Source: a candidate division FCPU426 bacterium (GTDB taxonomy: Bacteria; Oederibacteriota; Muellerivitia; Muellerivitales; Muellerivitaceae). From it: a stretch of DNA of 64,000 nt. Position numbers and translations under genes: made by a program. The stretch is taken from positions 64,001 to 128,000 of the forward strand of contig CAVYSE010000017.1 in NCBI GenBank assembly GCA_963771075.1, in the 5' to 3' direction. The notes under the pieces are model-generated. The model saw only the letters and a list, made by a program, of their open reading frames with translations, was not told the DNA's origin and did no database searches. Every line of letters begins with the position of its first letter. The first letter of the stretch is position 1. Shown piece by piece: positions 51,204 to 61,183 of the stretch.

Positions 51204-52115
51204 ATGAAAAAAATAAAATGGGTCTCCCGATCCTGCCCGGTTTGCGGCTCTCGGGACTCATCCCGCATCTTTGCCGAACCCCGCTACAAACTGGAAAAGT
51301 TGGGAGCTTTTGCCTTCTCCTCTCGCAAAATCCCTGAATATATGCATTATCGGCTGGTGGAATGCCCCTCTTGCGATCTTCTGTACGCCACCCCCCTGCC
51401 CTCCCAGAAAGACCTGACCCGGGCCTATCACGAGGCGGCTTTTGACAGCTCCGAGGAAGCTCATTCCGCAGCCCGCACCTACGGCCGAATTTTGGAGAGA
51501 TTCTTGGAGGACTTACCGAAAAAAAGACGGACGCTGGATATTGGGACGGGGGACGGGGCTTTCTTGGAGGAACTTTTATCGAGAGGATTTAAGGAGGTTC
51601 GAGGCGTGGAACCTTCCCCGGCTTCCATCCAAGCCTGCCTTCCCCAGGTAGGGCCCTTGATCCAGCAGGGGCTTTTCGACCAGAAACGATATAAAAGGGA
51701 AAGTTTGAGCCTGGTGTCCTGTTTCCAAACCATAGAACACCTTTTTGATCCCCTTGCCATGGCCAAAGATGCCCAACGGATCTTAACCAAGGGAGGCGCA
51801 CTTTTTCTGGTCGGGCATAACCGCCGAGCCTTCTCGGCAAGAATTTTGGGGCGCAGGTCTCCCATCTTCGACATCGAGCATCTTCAGCTTTTTTCACCCC
51901 GAAGCCTGAGGGTGATGCTGGAACAAGCCGGCTATGAGAGGGTTCGGGTTTTCCCGATCACAAACGCCTATCCCATCCATTACTGGGTGAAACTACTTCC
52001 CTTCCCCGGTTCCATGAAACCTGCCCTCATCGGCTTCCTGAAGGCAATGGGAATCGGCCGTCTCGTGGTTCCCCTGCCGGCCGGCAACATGGCGGCGGTG
52101 GGATTTAAAAAATAA
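51204..52115 (+). CDS. SAM-dependent methyltransferase with N-terminal Cys (Zn-binding-like) motifs
   Basis: CPVC, CPSC, LDIGTGDG, GVEPS, IEHLFDP, EHLQLFS. Confidence 0.88.
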   Translation: MKKIKWVSRSCPVCGSRDSSRIFAEPRYKLEKLGAFAFSSRKIPEYMHYRLVECPSCDLLYATPLPSQKDLTRAYHEAAFDSSEEAHSAARTYGRILERFLEDLPKKRRTLDIGTGDGAFLEELLSRGFKEVRGVEPSPASIQACLPQVGPLIQQGLFDQKRYKRESLSLVSCFQTIEHLFDPLAMAKDAQRILTKGGALFLVGHNRRAFSARILGRRSPIFDIEHLQLFSPRSLRVMLEQAGYERVRVFPITNAYPIHYWVKLLPFPGSMKPALIGFLKAMGIGRLVVPLPAGNMAAVGFKK

Positions 52116-52126
52116 CCGATCATTTC

Positions 52127-52957
52127 CTAATAGGATACGATGAGCCCGGTTTCCAGGGGAAACAGATTGACCGGGGAATCCGTATAAGCCACGTTCGCGA
52201 ACCGGGGAGATGTCATGGCCCATAGTCCCCTGCCCTGGACAAAAATCTCCATTCCGTTAAGAGCCTTAAAACTAAGACCCAGGCCTCCTTCCAAAAGGAA
52301 ATCCACCTCGCTACCGTTGATGGGCACCGTCACCGTTTGATAGGTAGTGTCCACCAAGGGGATCGTGCTTCGATCTTCGTTGTAGGTTAAACCCGGACCC
52401 AAAAGGACAAAAGGCGATAGGGGGCCGGTAAGAATCCGGTAACGCACAATTCCGGCTAAGCCGATCAACATATAATTATTATTGTTCGTCAAACCCGCAT
52501 TTTTATTGTTGAACTGGTCTAAGTTGAAATCAATCCAAAGGGATAAGGGGTCGGAAACCTTAAGACCCATTCCCAAGCCCAAATGGAACGCTGTGGAATA
52601 GGCTTCTTGCAAATGAGAGCTTAAAGGAATTCCCGCCCCTACGCTAATGAGGGAAAGCCAAACCCCCTGTTTGTACCGTAAATCCTCCGGCCGCACCGGT
52701 GTGGGGCTCGCGACCACCACCCAATCCTGAAGTTTGACCTTTTCACCGATGGTGGGGGTAAATGCTTTTTCCGGTTCATTCCGAACCTCGGAAAGTGATT
52801 CCCCTACACTTGCAGACCCCTGGGTTGGCAAAGAAGCGGATGGGGTCGCACCCAGGGGTTTGGGGGTAGGAGTGGGGCTGGATAATGTTTGGCCCCAAAC
52901 ACACCCCCAGGCCAATAGGCAGAAAAGGGAAACTGAAGCTACCAGTCGGGAGCTCAA
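52127..52957 (-). CDS. Outer-membrane beta-barrel protein with Pro/Thr/Ser-rich N-terminal linker
   Basis: Signal peptide, SSPTPTP linker, amphipathic strands (SPFVLLGPGL, LEGGLGLSF), terminal aromatic residue. Confidence 0.7.
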   Translation of the reverse strand: MSSRLVASVSLFCLLAWGCVWGQTLSSPTPTPKPLGATPSASLPTQGSASVGESLSEVRNEPEKAFTPTIGEKVKLQDWVVVASPTPVRPEDLRYKQGVWLSLISVGAGIPLSSHLQEAYSTAFHLGLGMGLKVSDPLSLWIDFNLDQFNNKNAGLTNNNNYMLIGLAGIVRYRILTGPLSPFVLLGPGLTYNEDRSTIPLVDTTYQTVTVPINGSEVDFLLEGGLGLSFKALNGMEIFVQGRGLWAMTSPRFANVAYTDSPVNLFPLETGLIVSY

Positions 52958-53241
52958 GTCTTTTCCACTCGGGAAACCAACCGAATTTGGCTTAATACGG
53001 CATCGACTGATTCACATTTCTCGAGGGCCCCAAAGTAGATTGACGCTTTTCCCTTTTCATGAACCCGCATGGTTAATTCGGCTGCCATTTGCAAGGGGTA
53101 TCCGGTCGCCTTTTGGATTTGAAGGATGACTTCATCAAAACCGTGAACATCATCGTTAAAAAGCACCACCTGCCAAGGATTATTCAATTTCGTTTCTTCG
53201 ATCGTTCTATTTGTTGTCTTTTCGATGGGCTTGTTTTTCAT
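52954..53241 (-). CDS. clpS: ATP-dependent Clp protease adaptor ClpS
   Basis: WQVVLFNDDVH.FDEV, VHEKGKA; start 53241 or 53271. Confidence 0.85.
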   Translation of the reverse strand: MKNKPIEKTTNRTIEETKLNNPWQVVLFNDDVHGFDEVILQIQKATGYPLQMAAELTMRVHEKGKASIYFGALEKCESVDAVLSQIRLVSRVEKT

Positions 53242-53257
53242 GTTCCGGGATTGATCC

Positions 53258-54169
53258 TTAACCCCTTTCAATAAAAGCTTTGATTTTTCTTTTCAACGAT
53301 GCCTGGTCTAAGCCCACCCGTTGAAGCATATAATTCCTAGACCCGGTGATTCCCTCCGGCATCTCACAAACCCCCATGGCCTTGAAGTTGACCGCCTTTC
53401 CCAAGGAAGCGATTGTTTCAGCCACAAGGGAACTCAACCCGCCAGGAAGGTAATGCTCCTCGATGGAAATAACATTTTTGAATCCATGGATTAGCTTTTC
53501 CAGTGCCAGTGTGGGAGGTGGATTGATCGTCGCAACGATCCCGACGGTGGCGTTTCCCAATGTATTGGCCACTTCCGCCACATCGCACGCCATGCCGCCG
53601 GTGGAAAGCAATAGCACCTCCCGTCCGGACCCCACGATCTCCACGGAACCCATTGAAAAGCGACCGTTTAAACCCTCCACTTTCCTGTCCCCTCCCTTTC
53701 CAATCCGGAAATACAAGGGGCCGGGATGGTCGTAAGTGGCATAGAGGGCGTTTCGGGTTTGATCCGGGTCGGCTGGCGCGATCACCCCCAAACCCGGTTG
53801 AACGCGCATGATGGAAAAATCTTCCAGCGAATAGTGGGAGGTGCCCGAATGCCCGTAGGAAAAACCGCCGCCGATTCCAATGATCCGCACCGGCAATTTA
53901 TGCAACACGGGACCGTTTCGGATTTGTTCATAACCTCTCATGGAGGCAAAAGTTGCGATGGAATAAACATAAGGGATCCAACCATCCAGGGCCAATCCCG
54001 TTGCCAAATTCACCATGTTCGCCTCGGCAATCCCCACATTAAAGAATCGGTCCGGATAGGCGGCCGCGTATTTTTCCAACACCATGAAACCCAGGTCCCC
54101 CGTAAGGAGACATATGCGTTTGTCTTGCGCGGATATCCTTAACAAAGTTTCGACAAAGGCGGTTCTCAA
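53258..54169 (-). CDS. Transketolase-like, C-terminal (pyrimidine-binding) subunit
   Basis: TGDLG, RFFNVGIAEANM, YEQIR, SHYSLED, IEEH..GGL. Confidence 0.92.
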   Translation of the reverse strand: MRTAFVETLLRISAQDKRICLLTGDLGFMVLEKYAAAYPDRFFNVGIAEANMVNLATGLALDGWIPYVYSIATFASMRGYEQIRNGPVLHKLPVRIIGIGGGFSYGHSGTSHYSLEDFSIMRVQPGLGVIAPADPDQTRNALYATYDHPGPLYFRIGKGGDRKVEGLNGRFSMGSVEIVGSGREVLLLSTGGMACDVAEVANTLGNATVGIVATINPPPTLALEKLIHGFKNVISIEEHYLPGGLSSLVAETIASLGKAVNFKAMGVCEMPEGITGSRNYMLQRVGLDQASLKRKIKAFIERG

Positions 54170-54942
54170 GGCTGATCCTCCAGCTCCCGGATCGCCTGAA
54201 GGGATTGCTCTTCATTAAGGGGATAATAATGCCATTCGAATTTGCCCTCCATGAAGGAAACACCTTTTCCCCCCACAGTCCGGGCTATCAAAACACGTGG
54301 CCGATCCCCGACTGGTGCGGAAAAGGCTTTTTCCAAGGCGCTTTGATCGTGGCCGTCCACCCTCTGGGTTTGCCATCCGAACGAACCCCATCGTTCCTCC
54401 AAGGGTTCTAGGTCCAGCACATCCCGGGTTTTCCCAAAGGCTTGAAGCCCATTGGCGTCTACGATCGCGGTTAGATTGGATAACCGATGATGGGCGGCGA
54501 ACATGACGGCTTCCCAAACCGACCCCTCATCGCACTCCCCGTCGCTCAAAAGGATAAAAACCCTTTTTTGTTGATTTCGCAATTTCGCCGAGAGCGCCAA
54601 TCCAGCTCCCACTGACAACCCATTTCCTAAGGAACCGGTGGTCAATTCAACACCCGGGATTCCGCGTTCGGGATGCACGCCAAGCCGGGAACCGTCCTGG
54701 CAATAGGTTTCAAGCTCCTCTCGCGTAATCAGGCCTTTCAAGTAAAGGGCCGCGTAAAGGGCCAAGCCCGCGTGGCCTTTGGAAAGGATGAATCGGTCGC
54801 GGAATGGTTCGGGCCCTTCCCGTAGGATCTTTTCGTACAAAACCGCCACCAAATCGCATACACAAAGGGCCGATGCGATATGGCCTACTTTCGCGATACG
54901 CGAAATTTCGATCACGATCTTGCGCAATTCCAACCCCGTCAT
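54166..54942 (-). CDS. Transketolase-like, N-terminal (ThDP-binding) subunit
   Basis: GHIASA, DRFILSKGH, TGSLGNG, SDGECDEG..N, GKG. Confidence 0.92.
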   Translation of the reverse strand: MTGLELRKIVIEISRIAKVGHIASALCVCDLVAVLYEKILREGPEPFRDRFILSKGHAGLALYAALYLKGLITREELETYCQDGSRLGVHPERGIPGVELTTGSLGNGLSVGAGLALSAKLRNQQKRVFILLSDGECDEGSVWEAVMFAAHHRLSNLTAIVDANGLQAFGKTRDVLDLEPLEERWGSFGWQTQRVDGHDQSALEKAFSAPVGDRPRVLIARTVGGKGVSFMEGKFEWHYYPLNEEQSLQAIRELEDQP

Positions 54943-54964
54943 GGGAACTCCTCTTTCCAGCGGA

Positions 54965-55804
54965 TCAGTCCAGTTTCATAGAATCGGTATAGGACAAAGA
55001 ATTGATGTTTTTGCCTAATTTATATATTTGATAGGTCGGCCCACCCTTGCATCCCATCACCAAAACGAGATAACGGAAACCTAACACGCGGATCACTTGC
55101 CTGGCAATCACGGGGCAGTCATCCTTGGGCTTGGGGTTTTTCAGTTTGGCCAGGAAAGACGAGTGGATTTTATCGACCGTGAAATCCATTCCGGACGGAT
55201 CCTCTTCGCTAGCCTGGGGTTGATCCTTGGCCGCCGTATTCGGCGGCACGGAAACAAACAACACCCATTCCAACACTTCAGCCGCAGTATCCCTGGAAAA
55301 CTTGGAGGTCACCTTTCTGAGCGGTTTGGTGTCAATTTTAAAATCGATCCCATATTCGCCATCAGCCCCGTCGTAATAGGCCTGATAGCCGGTCGGTTTC
55401 GTGACACCCAAAAACTTGATTTCATCCAAGGCCGGAGCGTAGCCGAAAGCCCATAATTTCTGACCAGGAGGAGGGAGCAGGTTTTGCCGGGCTGTGTTGT
55501 TTTTTAATTTCGGCGGGTGCTCCCGCATTAATTTGCTCAAGTCCTTTTCCTTTGGATGAAGATTGGGGATCAAGCCGATCTTTAAAAGGAATTTTTTGAT
55601 GTCGAGTTGGATAGCCGGGTCATACAAACCCTTTAATCGCTGAACGGGGGCTGTTTGAATCAATTGGCAATGACGAAACGCAAAAAAGGCAGGTTGGCTC
55701 AAAGTGTTTCCGGCAATTAAGGATCCGGCGGCGGACAAAATCCAAAACACCCCCAGTACCTGGAAGAACCAAAGGCGAATATAACGTTGGCTGGAGTGGG
55801 TCAA
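54965..55804 (-). CDS. Hypothetical exported protein
   Basis: 279-aa ORF with N-terminal hydrophobic segment; no family recognised. Confidence 0.6.
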   Translation of the reverse strand: MTHSSQRYIRLWFFQVLGVFWILSAAGSLIAGNTLSQPAFFAFRHCQLIQTAPVQRLKGLYDPAIQLDIKKFLLKIGLIPNLHPKEKDLSKLMREHPPKLKNNTARQNLLPPPGQKLWAFGYAPALDEIKFLGVTKPTGYQAYYDGADGEYGIDFKIDTKPLRKVTSKFSRDTAAEVLEWVLFVSVPPNTAAKDQPQASEEDPSGMDFTVDKIHSSFLAKLKNPKPKDDCPVIARQVIRVLGFRYLVLVMGCKGGPTYQIYKLGKNINSLSYTDSMKLD

Positions 55805-56113
55805 TCTAACCTCTACGGGATCATTCTAACCTTATTTGGACGCGCTAAGGTTCCCAAGACTGTTCATAATTTTAAACAAAAGAGGCAAAGTAGGAAAACG
55901 ATGTTTTTCTGGAAGAAATTGCTCCGGGAGGCTTTATGGATTCCGTGATAAGGATGAATAACGTAAAACTTTTGCCTTCCGGACGAACCACTTTTCATCT
56001 TTATTAAAATGACGATTCACCAAATCAACCCAACGGATCAAGTCGCCTCGTTATAACTTGGTGGTTAAAAGCGTTTCAAAGCAAAGAATACAAAGTGTTT
56101 CCAATTACGATTT

Positions 56114-56854
56114 TTATATCTTCTTGGGATCGTTTTCTATTCGAGAGCAAACATAATACTGCGCCCCCAGGGGGAGCCAGCTCAACCAGCGATCCAAAGC
56201 GGAAAACACAGGACTCCTATACGGCGTGAAAATAAGATAACCCGTTTCCGTGAGACGGCAGACCGCTTTTCGGAAAAGCCGTCGGACTTTTCCCATTCCT
56301 AAGAGGACCGCGTCATCATCCAACTCGCAACGGTGAACCGCCACCTGGGTCAATGGATTGAGGGGGTTATGCTCGAACACGATCACTAACCCGCCTTTTT
56401 TGGTGACTCGGATCATCTCCTCCGCGAACCTGTCCCAACCTTCCGGAACCACATGGTGCATGACGCATATGGCGAAGGTCACATCCATGGAATGATCTTT
56501 GTAGGGGAGGGTTTTTCCAGCGTAATACCGGTAGGCGGCCTTGGGGTTCAGGGCCTCTGCCTTTTCCACCACGCCCCGGTCCACGTCAATCCCGTGGACC
56601 TTTTTGAAATGGCCCGTGAGATAGTAATCGGTAAGACCAACCCCGCAACCCACGTCTAGGATATTCAACTTGGAAGGATCCCCCAGGGAACGGCGGACCA
56701 ATTCCAAAAGTTTTTTCACCTTTGCCTCGGTGAAAAAGGCCAGGTCCTGTCCAATGAAGGCTATGGATTTTTGGATTTCCTGGCGGTAAGTCTCTTTGTA
56801 GTACCCGAAATTGACCCTTAAATCATAAGGCCTTTTTGATTTTTTCGATGGCAT
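56114..56854 (-). CDS. Class I SAM-dependent methyltransferase
   Basis: ILDVGCGVG, CVMHHV, FEHNPLNPLT, LPLGAQY. Confidence 0.9.
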   Translation of the reverse strand: MPSKKSKRPYDLRVNFGYYKETYRQEIQKSIAFIGQDLAFFTEAKVKKLLELVRRSLGDPSKLNILDVGCGVGLTDYYLTGHFKKVHGIDVDRGVVEKAEALNPKAAYRYYAGKTLPYKDHSMDVTFAICVMHHVVPEGWDRFAEEMIRVTKKGGLVIVFEHNPLNPLTQVAVHRCELDDDAVLLGMGKVRRLFRKAVCRLTETGYLIFTPYRSPVFSALDRWLSWLPLGAQYYVCSRIENDPKKI

Positions 56855-56984
56855 TCATTTTTCTCATACTTTCAAAAGATGAACCGCCGGGTCCAAACGA
56901 CTATCCATGACAGTTTACTAGCCTGATATAAACGAAACACCGAATTAAAGGTGGAAATGAGCCCGGCTTACCCCCGAACGTTTC

Positions 56985-58031
56985 CTAATTCGACTGCTGG
57001 ACCGGAAGGTCATAGACGGAGATGGCGTTCTTTTCGGCAGCAATCAGTTTGCCATCGGTCGTCACGCATAATCCCACAACCGTGCGGTAGGCCAAGTCGG
57101 AATCGGGATTTTGCACCGCCAAATCGCCCAAATATTTCCCGTCGATCGCGGAATAGACCTGGATAAATTGGTCGTTATTGAAGCAAACGTAAAGACGACC
57201 TATGCCGTCCAATGCAAGCGCCACGGGCGCGGATCGGAGGTTGATACGCTGGATCACTTGACCCGAGGGGTCCATGATCTTCACCCGGTTGTTCCCCGAA
57301 TCGGCGATGTACAGGAAATTACGGGCGTCCGATATCCCCGCCATGGGATTGCTCCACTGGTTCTTGCCCTTGCCCGCCCCCGAGTAGATCTTGTCCGAGG
57401 ACCCATCCGGCCTCATGATGACTACCCGGTTGCTTCCGGTGTCGGAAATAATGAAATTATCACCCACGCATCCCAATCCGACCGGGTTGTAAAAATAGCC
57501 TGTGGGGGAAGCGTCCACTGTCGGGAGGGGCTTCCCTTCCGGGGTGAACCCATGAATTAGGATCTTACTCGAATTATCCAAAACATGAATGTTGCCCTTG
57601 GTATCGGAAGCGATCCCGCTCAAGCCATTGCGGGGGTCTTTGGGACCGACCTGGGGGCTGAAGGACCTCACGAGCTTTCCCTCTTCCGTGAATTCCAGGA
57701 TACGGTAGTTGGGGTTATCCGAAAGGGCGACTCGGTTCTGGGTAGTGGCGCAAATTCCCCAAGATTTGAAAGGCCCGCAAGAGAGCTTGTCACCCGAGAA
57801 ACGGTTCACCAGGTGGATATACAATTCTTTTTTTGCCGGATAAAAGTTAATTTTATCCTTTACCAAAAAGCCGATGACGGCCACTACCGCCAAAACACCC
57901 AGGATCAGCAGGCCGGAACTCGAAGAAGAGGACCCTTGAGTTGTGGAAGATACCGTCGAAGGGGTTTCCACCGGCATGACCGCGATGGGGGTTGCGGTTT
58001 TCGATTTTTTGACATTCTTTTTTGGAGCCAT
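56985..58031 (-). CDS. Membrane-anchored NHL-repeat beta-propeller protein
   Basis: Lys-rich and Ser/Thr-rich tail, one TM; ISDTGSNRV, LYIADSGNNRV, LALDGIGRLYV. Confidence 0.85.
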   Translation of the reverse strand: MAPKKNVKKSKTATPIAVMPVETPSTVSSTTQGSSSSSSGLLILGVLAVVAVIGFLVKDKINFYPAKKELYIHLVNRFSGDKLSCGPFKSWGICATTQNRVALSDNPNYRILEFTEEGKLVRSFSPQVGPKDPRNGLSGIASDTKGNIHVLDNSSKILIHGFTPEGKPLPTVDASPTGYFYNPVGLGCVGDNFIISDTGSNRVVIMRPDGSSDKIYSGAGKGKNQWSNPMAGISDARNFLYIADSGNNRVKIMDPSGQVIQRINLRSAPVALALDGIGRLYVCFNNDQFIQVYSAIDGKYLGDLAVQNPDSDLAYRTVVGLCVTTDGKLIAAEKNAISVYDLPVQQSN

Positions 58032-58076
58032 AATTCACCTCGTGGACTTAATAAAAACGTTTTTTAAGAAGGATAC

Positions 58077-58105
58077 GTTATAAAAGTTTTTCTGCTCTCT
58101 TTCAA
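58077..58105 (-). promoter_or_regulatory. Putative sigma70 promoter for NHL gene
   Basis: TTGAAA-17-TATAAC, about 45 bp upstream of ATG 58031. Confidence 0.6.
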
Positions 58106-58300
58106 TGCTTAATCCGCGTAAGGGGGTCAAAAAAAGACGGATTAACCCGGTTTCTTGGGGTCTGATGGGGGTGAATGGCCTTTTCAGCTGGATTTTTTCA
58201 CCGGGCGCCGATCTCGAACAACCTTCCCGCGGGTCCAGTCGTTGCGAAGCCATGTCCCCCTTTATCCAACCGCCCGAGGAGATTTGCGACGAGGGAAAAT

Positions 58301-61126
58301 TTAGAGATTAAACGAATTCCAAATGGATTTTTCCGTTCCCTTGGGGGCGCTTTCCTGTCGAATGAGAATATCAGGAAGCTTCTGGGACTTTTGATAGCAA
58401 GTCACCACCTTCAACCGGTGGTCTCCGGCCTCCAGAGGGATTACTTTTCGGAGTTCCAGCGGGGAGGCAAGAACGTAGCCATCGGGGTATCGGTTAAACC
58501 GTGCAAAAAAAGCGTCCATCCATTCATGCCCATCGATCCAAATTTTGGTTCTCCCATCGGCCTTCAGGTTCACCTCATATTTTCCGCCCTTCTCCATATG
58601 GAACTTTCCCTCCACTTGGACCGCCTCGGTATCCATGTTGATGGGTGGAGCGGTGGCATCGGTCACGCTGACGGCTCGGTCCTGAATGTCCAGGATTCCA
58701 AATCCCAAGCCGGACTTGCCGGAAGCATAGCGGCGCTCCCAAAATGGCGCGGTGATGGGTTTGACCTCAAAGAGCGGCTCCTGCGGAACCGGGGGAAGGG
58801 GTTTGCCGGGTTGCGCCGCTCGTCCACTCGTGATCCGGGCGTATCTCTTTTGTGCTTTCGAGTAAAGTTCCGTCGCGTTGGAAATGTCCGTTACCGGAAT
58901 CTGGCACCGTAGGGCCAGGGCGATTTCTCCCGCGACCGGATCAGTCCCTTTTACGGGATTAAACTGGGCTGCGGGGGTTTCTTTTTGGATTCGATCCTTG
59001 GTCGCGGAATCCGCGGCCTCAAAATAAACCACCACATCGTGGCCTTTGGTTTCTTTCGGGTCTTGATACAAGAAATTGGTGGGATGAAGAACACAAGCCG
59101 GATGGCCTTCATAGAGGGCCCCCGCGACCGATCCTCCGACGCCATCGGTCAAAAAGACAAGATTTCCGTGGTCGATGTCCTGGCGGGCTTGCCGTTCCAC
59201 CGCGATATAGCGGTCCTGATATTTCAAAAACCATTGGCCATAAATATGTTGTATATCCACTCGGACCGTCCAGACCGCAAACCCCGCAAGGAAGAGGCAG
59301 AAGAGTTTTGTTTCCCATCGGTTCGGGGAATTTTGTGGCAAACGCGACCATAGCTCTTCCAATCCCATCGCCCCCAGAACCAGGAATGGGACCACACAAC
59401 CGATCAATCTTCCTGTGTGGGCCTGCTGGGTGAGGAAGTAGGGGGTGATCCCCGCCAGCGCCGTCAAAAGCAGGCCGATTCTTTCCCAGCTCAGCCTGGC
59501 TAAGATCACGGCCAAACCCAGGGCAATGAGGACTATTTCCGAATATCCAAAAAAGGAGTCTTTCGGGGCCAGCATGTCCAACCGGTCGGTTCCGTTAAAA
59601 AAGAGGGTTTGGAGGGCCAGCACGGCTTCCGAGTAGATCCGCGAGAAGTAACCCATCCATCCAATTCCCCCCGGAGTCACGATATAGGCCTGCACATTCT
59701 TCACGAGGGACTCATGGGTCATGACCGGAAAGGTGAGGATCACAGACATCCAGGACCCCGCGAGCCAGCCGGTCCAGGTTCCACTTTGCGACCAGTCGCG
59801 TGGTTTTCGAAGGATGTAAACGGCAAAAACCAGGTAGAGGGCGAGGAGAACCGCCGGGGGCCCACAGTAAACCCAATCGCAGAGATAAGTAAACAAATTG
59901 TTCGCCGGGAAAACGCCGATGGTATAAAGAAAGTAAAGTGTGAAGTAGGCGAGGGTGGTTAAGAGCAGGATTTTGGCGGAAAAATCGAGCCGCCGTTCCT
60001 TGCTATCTCGGGCCCAAACCCAGACCCATGACACGAACAGGAAAAATGGAATGAAAATCCTGTAGGGAGTGTAGGTGTAGGCGCCAAATGAAAGGGCCAA
60101 GCCCCATTGAACAAAACGAGCGGGAGTGGGTTTGCGCAGGAGGCGCACAAAAAACAACAGGGCGAGGGCCACCCCCAAGGACAGGCTTTGGAGGCTCAGT
60201 CCCTGAAGGGTTCTCATGATTAGGGGTTTGCTGACAGCTCCCAAAGCTGCGGCCCAGAGGCCCAACCGGCGATTCAGTAGTTCCTTACCGATGAGGTATA
60301 GGGCACAAATGGTCGCCAGGTCCACGGCGACCCCGGCTATCCTCTGGGTAACGAGTGAAGTCATCGAGGGAAAAAGTTTCCATAGAAAAACGCAAAGATA
60401 AGCGAAAAAGGGTTCCCGGTAGCCCAGGGGGAAAACAAAGGCATCCCCAAAATCGTTGAGGTCCGCAACCCTTCGCACATCCAGGATTTCGGTCGCTTGG
60501 ACTGACCCATAGGCCCCCATCGGTGAAAACCCTTGATAGAGGCAAAGATAAGCCCCCAATCCCAAAAAGAGGGTGAGCAAACCATAAGCCACAGGCGCCG
60601 AAAGATCGGTGCCAGACGATCTTTCCGGCAAGATCCTGAAACCAATGATCAATCCAACCCATAAAAACAACAAGACGGGGTAAGATTCCTTAAAGGGAAG
60701 CCGCAAGGCCAAGGGCATCATCCAGCTAAAACTGGGGAAACTGATCAGGAGGATTGAAAAACAGGCTATCAGCAAAAGAAAGAGGATGGCAGCTCCCCCG
60801 GTTAAACGGGACGTGTCGATGAAAATCTTTTGGAAACCGGGGATTCGGCGGATGGGAATGCGCCCCTGGCGATACAGCTGGATCATGAGGATCACGAGGG
60901 CGGTGGTCAGAAGAATCTTGGTGGAGGCATTGAGATCATGGCGGGTCAGGAGAAAGACCGCTCCCGCCAGGAGCGCCACGGGAAGCCCCAGTTCCCGAAA
61001 ATCGAAAGAGGGCTTTTTCGCGCCGGGCTGACCCGATGGGGAAAGAGGCCGGGAATCCGGAGGAAGACGATCCGGTCTTTCCCCTTTTGATGTTTTTTTC
61101 TTTTTAGGCGAAGGCATAGGGCTCAT
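58301..61126 (-). CDS. ArnT/PMT-like glycosyltransferase with C-terminal PA14-like domain
   Basis: REPFFAYL, LYLIGKELL.RRLGLWAAAL, GAYTYTPYR; C-terminal GKYEVNLKADGRTKIWIDG..LEAGDHRLKV. Confidence 0.8.
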   Translation of the reverse strand: MSPMPSPKKKKTSKGERPDRLPPDSRPLSPSGQPGAKKPSFDFRELGLPVALLAGAVFLLTRHDLNASTKILLTTALVILMIQLYRQGRIPIRRIPGFQKIFIDTSRLTGGAAILFLLLIACFSILLISFPSFSWMMPLALRLPFKESYPVLLFLWVGLIIGFRILPERSSGTDLSAPVAYGLLTLFLGLGAYLCLYQGFSPMGAYGSVQATEILDVRRVADLNDFGDAFVFPLGYREPFFAYLCVFLWKLFPSMTSLVTQRIAGVAVDLATICALYLIGKELLNRRLGLWAAALGAVSKPLIMRTLQGLSLQSLSLGVALALLFFVRLLRKPTPARFVQWGLALSFGAYTYTPYRIFIPFFLFVSWVWVWARDSKERRLDFSAKILLLTTLAYFTLYFLYTIGVFPANNLFTYLCDWVYCGPPAVLLALYLVFAVYILRKPRDWSQSGTWTGWLAGSWMSVILTFPVMTHESLVKNVQAYIVTPGGIGWMGYFSRIYSEAVLALQTLFFNGTDRLDMLAPKDSFFGYSEIVLIALGLAVILARLSWERIGLLLTALAGITPYFLTQQAHTGRLIGCVVPFLVLGAMGLEELWSRLPQNSPNRWETKLFCLFLAGFAVWTVRVDIQHIYGQWFLKYQDRYIAVERQARQDIDHGNLVFLTDGVGGSVAGALYEGHPACVLHPTNFLYQDPKETKGHDVVVYFEAADSATKDRIQKETPAAQFNPVKGTDPVAGEIALALRCQIPVTDISNATELYSKAQKRYARITSGRAAQPGKPLPPVPQEPLFEVKPITAPFWERRYASGKSGLGFGILDIQDRAVSVTDATAPPINMDTEAVQVEGKFHMEKGGKYEVNLKADGRTKIWIDGHEWMDAFFARFNRYPDGYVLASPLELRKVIPLEAGDHRLKVVTCYQKSQKLPDILIRQESAPKGTEKSIWNSFNL

Positions 61127-61183
61127 AACCTCTTAAAAGTCTATGCTGAGTTCTCATCTCCCGGCATGTTAAAGTCAGGCCTT

